DNA of 64,000 nucleotides from an uncultured Nitratifractor sp. (GTDB lineage Bacteria; Campylobacterota; Campylobacteria; Campylobacterales; Sulfurovaceae): NCBI GenBank assembly GCA_913054475.1, contig CAJXJF010000001.1, positions 787 to 64,786 of the forward strand, read 5' to 3'. Shown piece by piece: positions 63,173 to 64,000 of this stretch (position 1 is its first letter; each line of letters starts with the position of its first letter). The notes under the pieces were generated by a model. It saw only the letters and a program-made list of their open reading frames with translations, ran no database searches and was not told where the DNA came from. The position numbers and the translations under genes were made by a program.

Positions 63173-64000
63173 ATGGCCAAAGAGCGCAAAGATTTTTTAC
63201 GCAGAATCGTAGAAGAGGATCTGCATAGCGGCAGATACAAGGAGGTCGTCACGCGATTTCCTCCCGAACCGAACGGTTTTCCGCATATAGGACACGCCAA
63301 GGCGATCAGTATCAATTTCGGTATAGCCGAAGATTTCGGCGGTCGCTGCCATCTTCGTATGGACGACACCAACCCCACCACCGAAGACCCGGTATATGTG
63401 GAGGCGCTGAAGGATGCCGTCAGATGGCTCGGCTTCGAGTGGGACGGCGAGGTACGCTACACATCCGACTACTTCCAGAGACTCTACGACTATGCGGTGG
63501 AGCTCATAAAGATGGGCAAGGCGTATGTCGACAGCCTGAGCGAAGAGGAGATACGGGAGTATCGGGGCAGTGTCACGACAGCGGGGAGACGAAGCGTATA
63601 TGCCGAGCGCAGCGTAGAGGAGAATCTCGAGCTCTTCGCTAGGATGCGCGCCGGTGAATTCGCCGAAGGGGAGCATGTCCTCAGAGCCAGAATCGATATG
63701 GCTTCACCCAATATGAAGATGCGCGACCCTCTCCTATACCGCATACGGCACGCATCCCACTATCGCACGGGCGACGAGTGGTCCGTCTATCCGATGTACG
63801 ACTTCGCCCACTGCCTCTCGGACTATATAGAGGGGGTGACGCACTCCTTCTGTACACTGGAGTTCGAAAACAACAGAGAGATATACGACTGGATTATCGA
63901 TACCCTCTCACTATCGCCTCCCAGACCCCATCAGTACGAGTTCGCCAGGCTCAATCTCAGCTATACGCTCATGAGTAAACGAAGACTGCTGGAACTCGTG
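63173..64000 (+). CDS. glnS: glutaminyl-tRNA synthetase, 5' part (runs off window)
   Basis: Not in the supplied track because no stop is reached. From ATG 63173 it reads [43 protein letters not shown] (HIGH motif). The frame stays open for 276 codons and ends in [17 protein letters not shown]. Confidence 0.9.
   Translation, partial: MAKERKDFLRRIVEEDLHSGRYKEVVTRFPPEPNGFPHIGHAKAISINFGIAEDFGGRCHLRMDDTNPTTEDPVYVEALKDAVRWLGFEWDGEVRYTSDYFQRLYDYAVELIKMGKAYVDSLSEEEIREYRGSVTTAGRRSVYAERSVEENLELFARMRAGEFAEGEHVLRARIDMASPNMKMRDPLLYRIRHASHYRTGDEWSVYPMYDFAHCLSDYIEGVTHSFCTLEFENNREIYDWIIDTLSLSPPRPHQYEFARLNLSYTLMSKRRLLELV

Overview
This is a densely coding 64 kb chromosomal window of about 57 genes. I recognised no rRNA, tRNA, CRISPR array, prophage or defence genes. 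Gene content and synteny (sucCD-oorDABC, trxA-trxB, hyp genes, OorD-type ferredoxin) point to a Campylobacterota-like (epsilonproteobacterial) hydrogen-oxidising organism. Arg AGA/AGG and Ile ATA codons are used heavily at moderate GC.

Most of the window is housekeeping:
- Envelope and cofactor genes: murF, glmU, coaBC, uppS, lptF/G, truA, murG, bamD.
- Central metabolism and translation: dapB, purF, sucCD, oorDABC, glnS (3'-partial).
- Redox and proteolysis: trxA, trxB, a second thioredoxin, lon.

Five regions look accessory or unusual:
1. 3.7-9.5 kb: a nickel permease followed by hypBCDE and a HypX-like gene.
2. 11.1-16.7 kb: three tandem secreted PilJ/NarX-P-box-type sensor-domain proteins, followed by a NIT-domain hybrid histidine kinase.
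3. 30.7-34.0 kb: an OmpA-family protein, then a lipoprotein built from calcium-binding thrombospondin-type repeats with a C-terminal Fibrobacter-type paralogous domain.
4. 34.9-35.5 kb: a signal-peptide-bearing Hsp20 gene with a HAIR-like (HspR operator) inverted repeat upstream.
5. 36.7-52.5 kb, the most interesting region: a translationally coupled MSHA-like type IV pilus operon. It is headed by a 1619-aa beta-helix/PA14/LamG/PA14 protein and contains no secretin. Two pilin genes converge on it, and a heme-c-sensor diguanylate cyclase is transcribed divergently from the pilin genes.

A decayed PAS-domain gene lies at 57.1-57.6 kb. All family assignments come from motifs read by eye and none has been confirmed by a database search.
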